Shown here in pieces: positions 12,726 through 26,139 of a stretch of 64,000 nucleotides of DNA. How positions within the stretch are numbered: position 1 is the stretch's first letter; each line of letters starts with the position of its first letter. Source of the stretch: Eledone cirrhosa (taxonomy: Eukaryota); NCBI GenBank assembly GCA_964016885.1, contig OZ024741.1, positions 355,508,001 to 355,572,000 of the forward strand, given 5' to 3'. A program made the position numbers and the translations under genes. The notes under the pieces are model-generated. The model saw only the letters and a list, made by a program, of their open reading frames with translations, was not told the origin of the DNA and did no database searches.

Positions 12726-13544
12726 CTAGAAATAGAAGCATTAAAACAATTCTAGATGCTTGATGTTTAAGGACCATAAAAGTATTTTGTGTAATAATGA
12801 TTGCACACACACGCATGCACACACACACACACACAGCTACACATTATTATTCATACATTCCAAAAGTTTATGGTTGACTTATTAATTGAAATAATGCATT
12901 CTAAGTATAGCAATGAAACCTAAGGTAGCGTTATAAACTTTTGAATGTATGAATCATAATAAATTTGTTCTGTATAGAGTGCTTTTTCTTCTTGTAGACT
13001 CTCTCACGACTTGTATACATAAATACATACATATATATGATGGCTGCCTCCTCGTTATTGAGTACGGCCATTGCATGATATAACATTATTAATAATTATA
13101 ATTAATTCTATCATGCAATGCCTGTGCGTGAAGACTTTTTTTAAAGTGAGGAAAGACTGTGCACTGAGCCAATCCCACTCTCTGAGCGACAGTAGCTATA
13201 ACCTGAAAAGAAGAAAAGATCAACATCATCGGTAACTACTGAGCCGCAGGTTTTATATCGGAGTTATCCCAGTTTCCTGAGTTGCCTTCTCCTAGAAGAA
13301 TGCCCTGACAAAGGCTAGGGGTCCTTTACCCCCAGTGGTTTAACCACGCGATCGAGTATCCAGCCCGATTATTTCTATGTTCCCGTGCATATACATACAC
13401 ATGCATATATGTATGTACATATATACATATATATACACACACACCCATACAGTATACACATATTTACACAATTTTTGACTCTTACGAATTCTTCCGCCCT
13501 TTGTCAGGTCTTGTTTTTTGTCCTGCAGGGACCCTCCTCACCAA

Positions 13545-13601
<57 letters not shown>

Positions 13602-14867
13602 CATATCATACACACATGCATCCATCATCATCATATGCATGAGCATCAGTGTCCTCATAATGACAGTAAAGTGGTTGATGATAGGAAGAGCCTCCAGCCA
13701 AAGAGTTGGGAGAACAATTCCGCTGTATCAAAGACATGAAAGCCTTCTTAATGCTGGTGTCAAAATAAAATGCACCCAGTACACTCTGTAGAGTACAGTA
13801 AAGTTTGTAAGCAAGACACAGCCTTATGGGAAGTCAGTAGCACAGATTAAGTGCTGATTAAGAACTGAAAGATACTACTTACCATGATAGCATAAGTCTC
13901 CATCGAAACCTTTTGAACATATACATTTGAAGTTTCCAGGTCCTTCTTCCCAGCAAGTACCATTGTTTAAGCATGGATGAGAATCACATTCTTTGATATC
14001 TTAAAATTAAAAATATATAAATATATAATAAAATAAAACTACAAAAAATCAAAGTTCACCCTGTATAGTGATCTGGTGCTATAAAAACAAAGCAAAGGTA
14101 AAGGGGATACACTAAATAGAGGAAACTATAGATGCATCAAATTGATAGACCAGGCCATGAAAGTAACAGAAAGAGCTATAGCACAGTTGATTAGGGACCA
14201 GGTTAACCCAGAGGAAATGCAGTTCGAATTTGTACCGGATAAGAGCACCACAGATGCTCTCTTCCGTGTGAAGCAGCTACAGAAGTACATAGCTAAAAGT
14301 AAGCAACTCTACCTGGCATTTGTTGTTCTGGATAAAGCTTTTGACAGAGTGCCCAGTGCCATAATCTGGTGGGCTCTTAGAAAACTAGGAGTAGATGAGT
14401 GGCTTGTGAAGGTTGTACAAGCCATGTATAGGGGAGCAAAGTTAAGATTAACAACCACTATAGCAAGGAATTTAGTGTGCAGATTAGTGTCCACAAGGGC
14501 TCTGTTCTTAGCCCTCACCTGTTTATTATTGTTCTGCAGGCTATAACAGGCAATTTAAGACTGGCTGCCTATGGGAACTCCTGTATGCAGATGATCTTAC
14601 ACTCATAACTGAATATATGGCAGAATTAGAGAAGAAATTCCAAACTTAGAAGCATGGCCTAGAAACAAAAGGTCTTAAAGTCAACCTGACAAAGACTAAG
14701 TTCTTAGTAAGTGGAAGGGAAAATAGAGCTGTGATCTCCTTGGGGAAATGGCCTTCCTCAGTGTGTAGGAAAGGTATAGATAGAAATTCCATCCTCTGTC
14801 CAAAATGGAATCTATGGATACACAAGAGATGTAGTGGGATGTCAGGTAGTTTAGCTAAGAATGTAGG

Positions 14868-15540
14868 TGTAGCGGATAAAATATTCCTTTTCGGGATGAA
14901 TGGTAAAAAGAATAATGCCAGAATTGTGATGTTGACAATGTTTATTCTACAATAACAATATTCGCTTTGAACATCGAGTAATATTATTTATGACAGGATT
15001 TATCACTACATTATTTTCTGACTAGCTACTTCGAGTTAGCATGTATGCATGTATCAATACGACAATACAATATGACAGGCAGACGGAAGAATCGATGAAA
15101 ATGACTGTGTGTGTGTGTCTATTCTTAGTATATGTTATTCATCTCAAGGACTGCTGGTTTGGTCTGGCTGTCTGGCTGTAGTCTGTGGCCAAGAAGGTGA
15201 AAGCCAGTAAGGCCTGGAGAGAGAAAGGGTAAAAGGTCTGCTGATGCCTACATCGTTATCTCTCAAGGACTGCTGCTTCGTGTCTGCTGTCTGGGTTCCC
15301 CATGTATTTATAATAATGTTATAATTAGAAGGATGTGTATCTAGGTTGATTTATGATTAGCCATCTGTGTTTCTTCTGTCTACAAGCTGGGGTCACAGGT
15401 CAAGTGGTATGTACGTTTATCATACTTGTTTCTTTACAGGGCGATTGTGGGAACTTCCAACAATAGGTCGTTCTAGAGGCGAGAAATCTCAGATTCAGTT
15501 TCAAATCTTCGCCAGTAAAACGTAGGAGTATTCCGTTATA
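14868..15540. mobile_element. Solo LTR (673 bp)
   Basis: TGTAGCGGA...TCCGTTATA inverted termini; 4-bp TSD TAGG (14864-14867, 15541-15544); removing it rejoins the RTE coding sequence (KNVG|FICSCC). Confidence 0.8.
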
Positions 15541-16397
15541 TAGGCTTTATATGTAGCTGTTGCACCAGAGCAGCAAGTAGCAAATGACCACAGCAAACAA
15601 GTGCTATCAAATTCTGGGAAGGTTTGTAGAACTAGTAAACAACTTCTGCTACATAGGGGACCAAATTAGCTGCGGAGATGAGTGTTCTGAAAGTACAGTA
15701 GCCAGAGTGAGGACGAGATGGAAGAAGTTCAAGGAGCTACTACCACTACTAACTATAAAAGGCTTTTCCCTCGAAATGACACATGTATACAAGCAGCAAT
15801 GTTGCATCGTATGAAGCCTGGGCGCTGTGTGCAGAGAACTTATGATGATTGGAAAGAAATAAAGCTTACTTGCTTCAATGGATGTGTAATAGTAATATAC
15901 ATGAACGACAAAGCATAAATGAACTGAAAGTGAAACTAGGCATAAGAGGAATCAGATGCAGTGTGCAGGAGAGGAGATTACGTTGGTATGGACATGTGAT
16001 GTGCATGAAGGATGACAGCTGGAAAAGAAGGTGCAGAACACTCAAAGTTGATGAAAGCTATGGAGTAGGAAGACCCAGGAAGACTTGGGATGAGACGATA
16101 AAAGCTGACCTTACACAATTGCACTTCTCAAAGGCAACGACACTGGACTGGAATCGCTGGCATTATGCAGTAATACAGAAGATCTGCCTTCCCATGAGTA
16201 CAGGCTAAAGCATACATAGAGTATTCATCTCCATCCCCCTGCCCATACACCTCCCATGGGCACAGGCTGAACATACATCTGGTATACACAACCTTCACCT
16301 TCATCCCCCTTCCATACACCTTCCACATCCTAACACTTGGCCCCCTCACACACACCCATATACCCATCTCCCTAATACCTACACACACACCCTTCCC

Positions 16398-16620
16398 ATC
16401 AAAGCTCCCAGCCCACACTGTAAGGTGATTATGTAGGTGTCATGACAAAAAGCTTCCAGCCCACACTGCAAAGAGGTCATGAAGGTGTCATGACAAAAAG
16501 TACCCTGCCCTTATTTTAAGGCAGTCGTGTAGATATCACGACAAAAAGCACCCAGCCAGCACTGTAAAGTGGTTGTGTAGCTGCCACACCAAAAAGTGCC
16601 CAGTACTCATTGTAAATGTG
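16398..16620 (+). repeat. ~46-bp degenerate tandem repeat (4-5 units)
   Basis: Repeated aaaaagc(t/a)cccagcccacactgtaa..gt..tgtaggtgtcatgac. Confidence 0.7.
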
Positions 16621-16983
16621 GTTGGCATTAGGAAGGGCATCCAGCCATAGAAGTCAAGCCAAAATCAGTTCTGTATGAGCAAGACATGGTCATCTGACTT
16701 GACTTGCCTCGAATGAGACAACCTGTCTAACCTATGCTAGCATGGAAAGTGGGCATTAAACAGTGATAATGATGATGATGATGACATATATATATATATA
16801 TATATAACAAATTTAATATAGAAATAACTTCTACAAGACTAGAACTGTTTCATTGGAAGGAAATCATCAGGAAAGCCCTTCCCACCTCCATATCACCAGG
16901 GCCTTGAAAAAAGAGTCATGGGTACTGCTCTTCTGTCTCTGACTGAACAATAAAAAAAAAAAAGGTAGAGTAAACATACTCAC

Positions 16984-17409
16984 CAGTTTCACAGTTCTTC
17001 CCTGTAAAGCCTGTATCATCACAAAGGCATTTATACCCTCCAATGCCAACCTGATGGCATATACCATTATTGCAAGGCTTGCTGGCACATTCGTTGATGT
17101 CAACTTCACATTGATGTCCATCAGTGCCATTTAAACAGTCACAGAGGTATTTACCCTTTGGCTTTGTCTCACACCGACCACCATTACGACAGGGTGCTGA
17201 ATGACAGGCGTCATACTTTTTTTCGCAGTAGACACCCCTGTAACCAGCTAGACAGTTGCAGAATACAAAACCAGGCTGTGTGTTTGTGCAGTTACCACCG
17301 TTTAGGCATGGCTGTGATAGACATTCATCAATTTCCATTTCGCATATCTTCCCTGTGAAACCAGGTTTACAGTTGCAGTTGAACACACCAGGTCTTCCCT
17401 GGGAACATG
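16984..17409 (-). CDS. Multi-EGF protein exon (end of EGF12 to EGF15)
   Basis: atacag|CA TGT TCC...ACT G|gtgagt; 426 bp, phase 1-1. Confidence 0.95.
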
Positions 17410-17972
17410 CTGTATGAGAGAAAATATATATATATGATATGCATGTTTCTGTGTATGTTTGTAAATGTATGAGTGTGCATGTATTATATTATATATATAT
17501 ATATATATTAGGATTGGTGCTCTGAAATAGCGATGTATCCATGAATGTATGCATAGTATATTTGGCAATATACCATATGTTTAATTAAAAACATTTTGAA
17601 GACCTTACGCTATCATTTTTAAAGTAGTGACTATGTCACTTACTTCTTTTCGGCGAAAGAAGGCAGGCAGAGAAGCTAACAGTCCGTTTCAAGTTGTTGG
17701 CAATCATCAGAGCTAGAAATGAGGAAAATCTGGATGCAGGAGAATAGCAGTGAAAACAGCTTTAGAAAATTTTAATTTGATTCTCTGTAGCAGTTGCTAG
17801 CCACTTTTTCTGTTTGTAGGGGTAATTTTACCTGATTTTCTAAAGATATTTTCACTGTTATTCGCCCCCATTCGAAATCTACATTTCTAAAAATATTTCA
17901 ACTTGCTTGATGTTTTCTCTCCTTAAAACCCCCTTACTCCTTCTCGGAGTTCCTATTCTCCTCCATTCAAAC

Positions 17973-18008
17973 TTTTCTGATGAAGGACTTCGGTCTGAAA
18001 CGTTGAAA
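17973..18008 (+). ncRNA. Minimal type I hammerhead ribozyme motif (Penelope pLTR-type)
   Basis: tttt CTGATGA aGGAC ttcg GTCT GAAA CG TT gaaa, with palindromic ACGT stem III. Confidence 0.7.
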
Positions 18009-18112
18009 CCTTTTCCACTTCCACCAAGCGCGAACCTAATATAACTGTGTACAATTGATTTCTGTGTTTTGTTCGTTCATTTTCAACTATATATATATAT
18101 ATATATATATAT

Positions 18113-19501
18113 AGTTGAACTGCCACCTGCCCACTACAAAATAGTTGCCTGGAATCAAGTATAGTGTTCCTGTGTACTATCAAATCAGGCAACTTAGCAT
18201 GGCACTACATAAGTTCTACTGCAGGGAATTGAAAAAAAGATGGTATGTACATAGACATTCTATAAAAAAACGTAGACTAGAGAACTCAACGACGTTGGCC
18301 AATAAGATCTGGCAGCTTAAGAACACCAACCAGGAATATGAGATTAGCTGGTCGAAGTTATCATGTGCAAGGGCCTACGATAATGGAATGCTCCACTGCA
18401 GACTTTGCAATATGGAGCTGCTCCATATTTTAAAGTATGATAAAATGCTGCTTAACAACAAAATAGAACGATCAATTATCTGTAGACACAAAACAGCTAC
18501 CAAGTTCTGTAACTTCAAACCGGCATGATTCGATCCAGCAATCTCAGAATTCAAGCAGAACCACCCGGGTTTTAATGTACCAGCTCCACCCCACCCCACT
18601 GTTGTTAGCTATCAACTGACCAACTGATCATTAAATCAACATCATAAATTTGCCAATCTTTCTTTAACTCTCTCTCTCTATAGCAGTATCACTTCCATTA
18701 AGATAAAACAATCAGTCTGCCAGACATTAAACACACGTATATCATAACTGCCCCTTTCACTTTTTATTCTCTATCTATCTATCTACTCCTTCTGCGTCCT
18801 TAACCCTACCCCTTATGTCTCATCCTCAAATCCTTATCCTCACTCTCTGTCTCCTGTTCCTTATCCTTTCCTCTCTTACTTATTTTTTATTTTTTATCTT
18901 TTATCTGTTATTTTTTATTTTTTAATCTTTTTTATTTTAATCCTCTGAGATTTGATTGTACCTGTTGCCTTTATACTACATATCATGTATTCCGTATTTC
19001 TTTTCATGTTATTGTTATCTTTACCGTCATCACTATTTTACACCACTATAACTTCAACTCACCACTATAACTACCACCACCACCACCACCACCACTACTA
19101 CTATCAGCAATCGTATTCTGTACTTATTTTTTGCTTATTTTTTACATCTTTATCATTTTCATTCTAACTTCTTTATTATTATCTTTTATTATATTTTATT
19201 ATTGATGTTATTGTTTTCATTCTCCGATGTATCTATAAATACCAATGCCATGTGTTACACCCTCCAGTTTCCGATGATTTGATCAGAGACACACACTGTA
19301 TTTAAGGTCGAGTGATGCAACTTTGAGTGATTAGCGGCCTTTAGACTCACCTGATCAATGAAACAATTGTTAATACTGTAAATAAAACCCTTTTTCTACA
19401 GCCGACCATGTTATTCTTCACTCTTTCACTACTATTACTCCAGTATTGAGTACTCTGGTGCATTATGGTTCATCTGGTATCTTACCACACCTTCTTTGTT
19501 G

Positions 19502-19503
<2 letters not shown>
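18113..19503 (+). mobile_element. Naiad-type Penelope-like element, 3' part (GIY-YIG endonuclease and pLTR) between (TA)n tracts
   Basis: CPLQNSC..IVF..YISS..KKRWYVH..STTLANKIWQLK..CRLCNME..LLN..CRHK; hammerhead-like motif at 19265-19378. Confidence 0.8.
19265..19378 (+). ncRNA. Hammerhead-like motif with long stem II (core variant CCGATGA)
   Basis: cagttt CCGATGA tTTGATCAG...CTGATCAAt GAAA CAATTG TT aatactg. Confidence 0.55.
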
Positions 19504-19537
<34 letters not shown>

Positions 19538-20009
19538 CAACAAAGAAGGTGTGGTAAGATACCAGGTGAACCATAATGCACCAGAGTACTCAATACTTAG
19601 GGTAGTAGAGTGGGTAACAGGAAAAGAGTCAGGACTCGACAGCTGAGCTCCGGCCATTTCAATAGCTAGATCCAAACTTTTTTGACAGCTGGATCCGAAC
19701 AGTTGCTAGGGGCCAAATGACAGTGTATTTATAATGACCGCTAGTTGATTTACAGTAAACAGATGGCCTTAGAAAATGTCCTCCTTTCACACAATTGGTG
19801 CCATGAGTCCTTTGACAAAGGAAATCTATCTATAGATATCTCTGTGAGGTCATAGATCAATCCTTTGGTGATTGTGACCACCAAGAAAAACGTGGGACCC
19901 CCCCCCCAACACACACACACACACATATATATATAGAGAGAATGAGAGAATGGAAAGGTAGATTTCTGGAAGATAAAGTAGATAAGAGAACAAACCAGTA
20001 AAAAGCTTA

Positions 20010-20342
<333 letters not shown>

Positions 20343-21167
20343 TTAAAATGTTGAGTTAAAAACCCACAATAGTCTCTTATAATCAAATAAACTCAAGGAA
20401 CATATTCCAAGCTCTTTATAAAACAGTAAGGAGAGAAATATTTTATGGGATAATGGATGGTTTGTACACTTTGATTTCTTCTTTTAATTAATTTGTATTC
20501 ACCGTTCCATCCATAGTTAAAATGTTCATCACCCTGGTGGTTTTATATCCCCTATGATCGAACACATATATTTATGTGTATTTCTTTTATATATATATAT
20601 ATATCTCAGGTAGGGTGTGGTAAAAACCAGGTAGACCATAACCCACCAGAGTACTTGATACTTGAGGTAGTAGAGTGGGTAATATGAAAAGATTCAGGAC
20701 CCCGACGGTTGAGCTCTGGCTGTTTCGACAGCTAGATCCGAACGTAGTTAGCTATCGAAACGGCCGGATCTCAGCTGTCGGGGTCCCAAATCTTATCATA
20801 TATATATATATATATCATCATCATCATCATCATCATCGTTTAACGTCCATCTTCCACGCTAGCATGGGTATACACACACACACACATATATATATATATA
20901 TGTATATAAAATGTATACAGAGTATGTGGTGCTGAGACCAGGGAGACCACTATTCATGGGAACACTCAATGCATGGGGAGATGCAGAGTGGGTATAAATA
21001 TATGTAAAATCCCAACCGTGGTGCCAAGTGATTTCGGGTTGGAGCTTGGTTGGTATTTTACATATCTCTCTCTATATATAGTATATATTTCAAGTTAAAA
21101 GATATATGTAGAGAGAAAAAGAGTCATATATTGATTGAGAAAAGTACAGTATTTTATATATATATAT

Positions 21168-21354
21168 AATTGTTTCTATTTTAGGCACAAGGCCATCAAT
21201 TACCCAGTACATTACTGGTACTTTATTTTATCGACCCCGTAAGGATGAAAGGCAAAGTCAACCTCGGAGGGATTTGAACTCAGATCATAAAGAGACGTAA
21301 CTCTATGCTTCAAACCATGGTGTCTGACTCTCTACCGATACTGCTAATCCACCG

Positions 21355-21356
<2 letters not shown>
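21168..21356 (-). mobile_element. tRNA-derived SINE, full length
   Basis: ggcggtggattagcag head, gagttcaaatcc B-box, ggccttgtgcctaaaatagaaacaatt tail. Confidence 0.8.
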
Positions 21357-21413
<57 letters not shown>

Positions 21414-21674
21414 TAGGAGAGGAGGAGAGAGAGAGATACAGAGAGGTGCGATACAAATTATTAAATGGTGATAGCCGAAGTGAAATGCGCTCAATGCTTG
21501 GGTTAACAGAGTTAAATATTAGAGAGGATCTGACGGTATATTTATTGATGACATTGTATTAACAAACATTTCTCGGAAGAGGCCGCATGATTCTTTAATG
21601 CGGGTGAAACGTTATGTAAGATGTGTATAAAGAACATGTTATAACGGCTAGTAACCCCTTCATTCATTCACTTG

Positions 21675-21711
<37 letters not shown>

Positions 21712-22181
21712 GGGAATCAGTAAAATCGAATCTCTGGCAGTTTGCAAGTAAATTCGGCCTACTTATATGAAGTGATGAGTTAGCAAAGCACTCGATAAGG
21801 TAGGGCCTTAGAGTAATAACATACGTTTAAATAGCTTGACACATCGAACATTGTGGTAGGCCAAACTAACACACAATATATACCAAAGTAACGATAGAAC
21901 TAATCAGGTTGAGAAAAGTACACCTGGACAGATCAAACGAACAATCGTTTAAAGTGTTTCTTTGAATCCGAAATCAAATATCAGACTTACTTGAAAGGCA
22001 AGCTCATGGTATTGAAAGCAAATAATATTCAGAAAAATACATGTACTTTAAGGTGGAAAATTTTTTTTTTAACTTGACTTATTGATACTCTGAACCAAGA
22101 TCCATTGAGCTTTTTTATTGACAAACATGATCATCATACATATTAAATAAGTATTAATACCTTAACATAATAGTATATATA

Positions 22182-22211
<30 letters not shown>

Positions 22212-22212
<1 letters not shown>

Positions 22213-23440
22213 TGAAAGAGTGGTCAACGGTACAAAAAAAGGGTTTTATTTACAGTTTAACAATTGTTTCACTGATTAAATTATCTAAAAATTGCTGAAC
22301 ACTTGGAGCTGTGCCACTCAATTTTAAATACGTTGTTAGCTTAACCAGATCATCAGAGAAACTGTTAAAATATGTTCAGTTTTCACGAATTCAAATTACA
22401 ACATCATTAATAATATTAATAATAAAAATAGAGAGAGAAAACAGAAAGAGAGAAAAAAAGAAAGAAAAAGGAGAAAGGAAAAAAGAAAAAGATATAGAGA
22501 AAAAAAGACAGAGAAAAGAGGATAGAAAGAGAAGAGAAAAGGATAAATAAAAATAAAAATAAAAGTAATGATAAATGAATAAATGCTAATAAATAATACA
22601 AAACAATATAAAATATGAAAATAAATAAATAAAAAATGTTTATATGTGTGAAGAAAAGTAAACATAGTATGATTATTGAGAGTAGTTGTGGTGTTGGTGG
22701 TTAATACATAGAGATACAATGGTATAAACATGAAAATGTTAAATATAATCATGTGTGTATTGGTTATTTTAATAAATTAATCAGGTAATTAATTAATTAT
22801 TTGATTAATTAATTGTAAGTTATATTAGAAGGGAAAATAATACGATAAGATAAAATGTAAGAGATGAAATAAATTTAGGGAGAGAAATAGAAAGATATAA
22901 AATGAAAGGGAGAAAATATAAAATATAAAAGGTTATGATGTTGGTTCATTGACAGATGGTGACAATAATAATAATAATGACAATAATAGGTTATTATAAT
23001 AGATCTAAGTGGTACAATTTGAGTTATCGAATAAATGGGATGAATTGAGTTGGTCTAAAATTATCGAATTTTGTCGCCGTTTTATGCTTACAGAAAATAG
23101 TTCTTTCAATTTTGCTGTTAAGTAGCATTTTGTTGTATTTTAACATTTGGAATAGTTCCATATTACAAAGGCCATAAGGGGGACATGCCAATTATATAGG
23201 CTATTGCCATTGATAACTTCAACGGCAATAGCCTATAGAATTGGCATGTCCCCCTATGGTCTTTGTAATATGGAACTATTCCAAATGTTAAAATACAACA
23301 AAATGCTACTTAACAGCAAAATTGAAAGAACTATTTTCTGTAAGCATAAAACGGCGACAAAATGTTCAGCAATTTTTAGACAACTTAATTAGTGAAACAA
23401 TTGTTAAACTGTAAATAAAACCATTTTTTGTACTGTTGTA
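22212..23440 (-). mobile_element. Naiad-type PLE 3' end with inverted 5' junction
   Basis: GLCNMELFQMLKYNKMLLNSKIERTIFCKHK in both orientations (palindrome 23068-23363); pLTR end repeated in inverted orientation at 23363-23440; flanked by (TA)n. Confidence 0.75.
22252..22365 (-). ncRNA. Type I hammerhead ribozyme motif, intact core, long stem II
   Basis: Minus strand: acagtttct CTGATGA tCTGGTTAAG...TTTAATCAGt GAAA CAATTG TT aaactgt; stems I, II and III all pair. Confidence 0.75.
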
Positions 23441-23789
23441 TATATATATAATCATCATTTAATGTCTATTTTCCATGCTACAATGGGTTATATATATTTA
23501 TGTATATATATATATGAAGGTGTGTGGCTACTTCACATTGCTCCACTTAACTCAGCTGGCAAAAATGAGTTCTACTTATAAGTCAAAGGGCTAGCCTTGT
23601 CACACTCTGTGTCACATTGAATCTATCTGGGAATTATGTTAAGGGTTCATGTAATTGTGGAATGCTCAGCCATTTGCATGTAAATTCCATGAGCAGGCTG
23701 TTCCGTTCAAGTGGTACGCTTGTTATCAGAACCAACAGAGGTCCCACATGTGTGTGAGTTGTGCAGTTCATGTTTCATGTACATGCGTG

Positions 23790-23857
<68 letters not shown>

Positions 23858-24067
23858 CATGAACACATGTTTATATTAATTACTCATCAAGCCAAAGAAT
23901 AATCACTGGAAGCAACTTAGAGAGTATACTGATTGGAACATTGTGTCAACAATACATCCTAGATGAGGAAAAATTGTCCAAAAAACAAACAAATCTCATA
24001 CTGGATAAGAATTACAAATGAAAAATAGTAAAAGAAAAAGAAAAAAAAGAAAATTGTTCTGTCTTAC

Positions 24068-24388
24068 CGATAGAAGCCACTGCCTTTGACTTGGAGACAG
24101 GTACCCCCATGTAAACAGGGTTTTGGCTTACATAAGTCAATCTCGCCTTGGCAACTGACTCCACTGAAACCAGGTAGACAATCACAGATAAAATATCCAG
24201 GTTTCTCCTGTCGACATACACCGTCGTTATAACATGGTTGACTGGCACATGCATTTATGGGCTTCTCACATAATGTACCATTGAATCCCAGAATGCAATC
24301 ACAATAGAATGAGCCAGGTTTTCCTTCATGGCAAGTACCCTGGTTCCGACACTGGTTGACTTTACATTCATCACGATCAACTGAGCAT
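24068..24388 (-). CDS. Multi-EGF protein exon (end of EGF7 to EGF10)
   Basis: ttttaag|A TGC TCA...TAT CG|gtaag; 321 bp, phase 2-2; CSVDRDECKVNQC...GSGFYR. Confidence 0.93.
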
Positions 24389-24415
24389 CTTAAAATAAAA
24401 AACAGAAACAATAGA

Positions 24416-26123
24416 ATTTTTCTCTTTTCCTGGCTTGTAATCACTTTTTTTGTGTTGCTTAGGTCCCAAATAAAAAAAAAAAAGTGCTATTAAACAGTTA
24501 AAAGTTTGGGTTTGTAAAAATTCTAAGCTATTCAGTAGCTGGATTTTACGTTGTATGTAAGTTTAATTTGCTTATGTTAAACGATTTTTTTATATATGTT
24601 TCAGGTTAAATTAAAATTATAAAATAAAGAGTAATACCTAAAGAAAATTATAAAAGTGCAAGAAAGTATAAAATTGTTAAAAAGTGGATTAAAGAGATTT
24701 ATTGATACTGAATTTTCGCACCCTGAATAAAGGGTAAGTTGTGTTTTAAGCATTCATCTCCAGGATGAAGCAGTGGAACTTGGTCAAGGAGGAAGTGCAG
24801 GTGACAAGTCAGAGAAGTCGACACAGACCTTTCTCAGGCTTTTACACTCTTAGCGATGGCCTCTGCTTCTGCCATGACGTGCCTGGACTGTTTGATGTTA
24901 TTGGGGTGCCGTTTGTGCCCAAGGAGTGGCGGCTATTTATAGACAGCTTCACCACAAGTTTGAAGGCTGTCTTCCTCCACAATGGAAACAAGTTCCCGAC
25001 ACTGCCCCTAGCTAATTCAGTCTGCCTGAAGGAAGATTACTACAGTGTGAAAGTCCTCTTGGAAGCTCTGCAATACAACCAGTATAATTGGGAAATCATT
25101 GACTTGAAGATGGTGGCTTTCCTGCTTGAACTCTAAGGAGGCTTTATCAAATTCCAATGCTTCCTCTGCCTTTGGGACAGCAGAGCCACCTCTGACCACT
25201 ACAAAAGAAAGAACTAGGAGCAGCGAACAGAATTTGTAGTTGGGACCCAGAACGTCATGTGGGAGCCACTGGTTGATCCCAGGATTGTGCTCATGCCGCC
25301 ATTGCACATTAAGTTGGGGTTGATGAAGCAGTTTGTGAAGGCTCTCAACCAAGAATCAGCCGCTTTTAAGTACCTTCTTGAGTTCTTCCCCAAATTATCT
25401 GAGGCCAAAATCAAAGGTGGAATTTTTGTTGGACCTCAGATAAAGAAGGTGTTTGAGTCTACCAAGTTCTCCAATAAGCTCAATAGGATTGAGAGAACAG
25501 TATGGAACTGTTTCAAGGCAGTTGTTAAGGGCTTCCTGGGCAACTACAGAGCTGAAAACTACCAGCAACTGGTGCAGGATCTGATAAAGGCTTTTGGCAC
25601 CATGGGATGCAGGATGTCGCTTAAACTCCATATGCTAGACGCTCACCTGGAAAAATTCAAGGACAATATGGGCGCCTACTCAGAAGAACAAGGCGAACGA
25701 TTCCACCAAGATGTGAAAGAGATAGAGCGGAGGTACCAGGGCCACTACAATGAAAAAATGATGGGGGATTATATGTGGGGGATAGTGCGGGGATGCGACC
25801 TGGACTACAACCGCAAAACCAGGAAATCCAGTCATTTCTGACGTGTATAAGTTGCTTTATAAGTGTTATTTGTTTTTACTTGTTTGCTTTTGATAAGCTT
25901 GTGTAATAAAATAAATATATACTCTGTTGATTTAATTATATGAACTGATAAATTTTTAAAAAATGTGTTTTTTCTTAAAAAATATGAAAATTTCGAAATA
26001 TCAAACTCCTGACCACAAACCCAAACTTCTGATTAAATAATAGTGTTTTTTTTATAATAATGGGATATAATAAACCAGGAAATGACACTTAGAACCAGGG
26101 AACAAGTAATATATTACACAGTG
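24416..26123 (+). mobile_element. Second Chapaev3-like transposon copy (left terminus lost)
   Basis: Collinear with 3148-3823 plus 8064-9106; transposase remnant 24765-25841 with stops; right end TTACACAGTG followed by TTA. Confidence 0.82.
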
Positions 26124-26139
26124 TTATTATTACTGTTGT

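Larger units (their letters stand above)
14070..16790 (+). mobile_element. Decayed RTE-clade LINE interrupted by a solo LTR
   Basis: LDKAFDRVP, LYADDL, RRLRWYGHV, GRPRKTW; ends in an RTE-type ctagcatggaaagtgggcattaaac(GAT)n tail. Confidence 0.85.

Noticed and set aside
16398-16620. CRISPR-like repeat-spacer array (also 39135-39746)
   Set aside because: These are degenerate contiguous tandem units without unique spacers, in eukaryotic intron context, with no cas genes.
26114-26123. CACAGTG (RAG RSS heptamer) at the transposon end, suggesting Transib/ProtoRAG
   Set aside because: The encoded protein has Chapaev3-type motifs rather than RAG1/Transib core motifs, there is no RAG2-like ORF, and CAC termini are normal for CMC elements.
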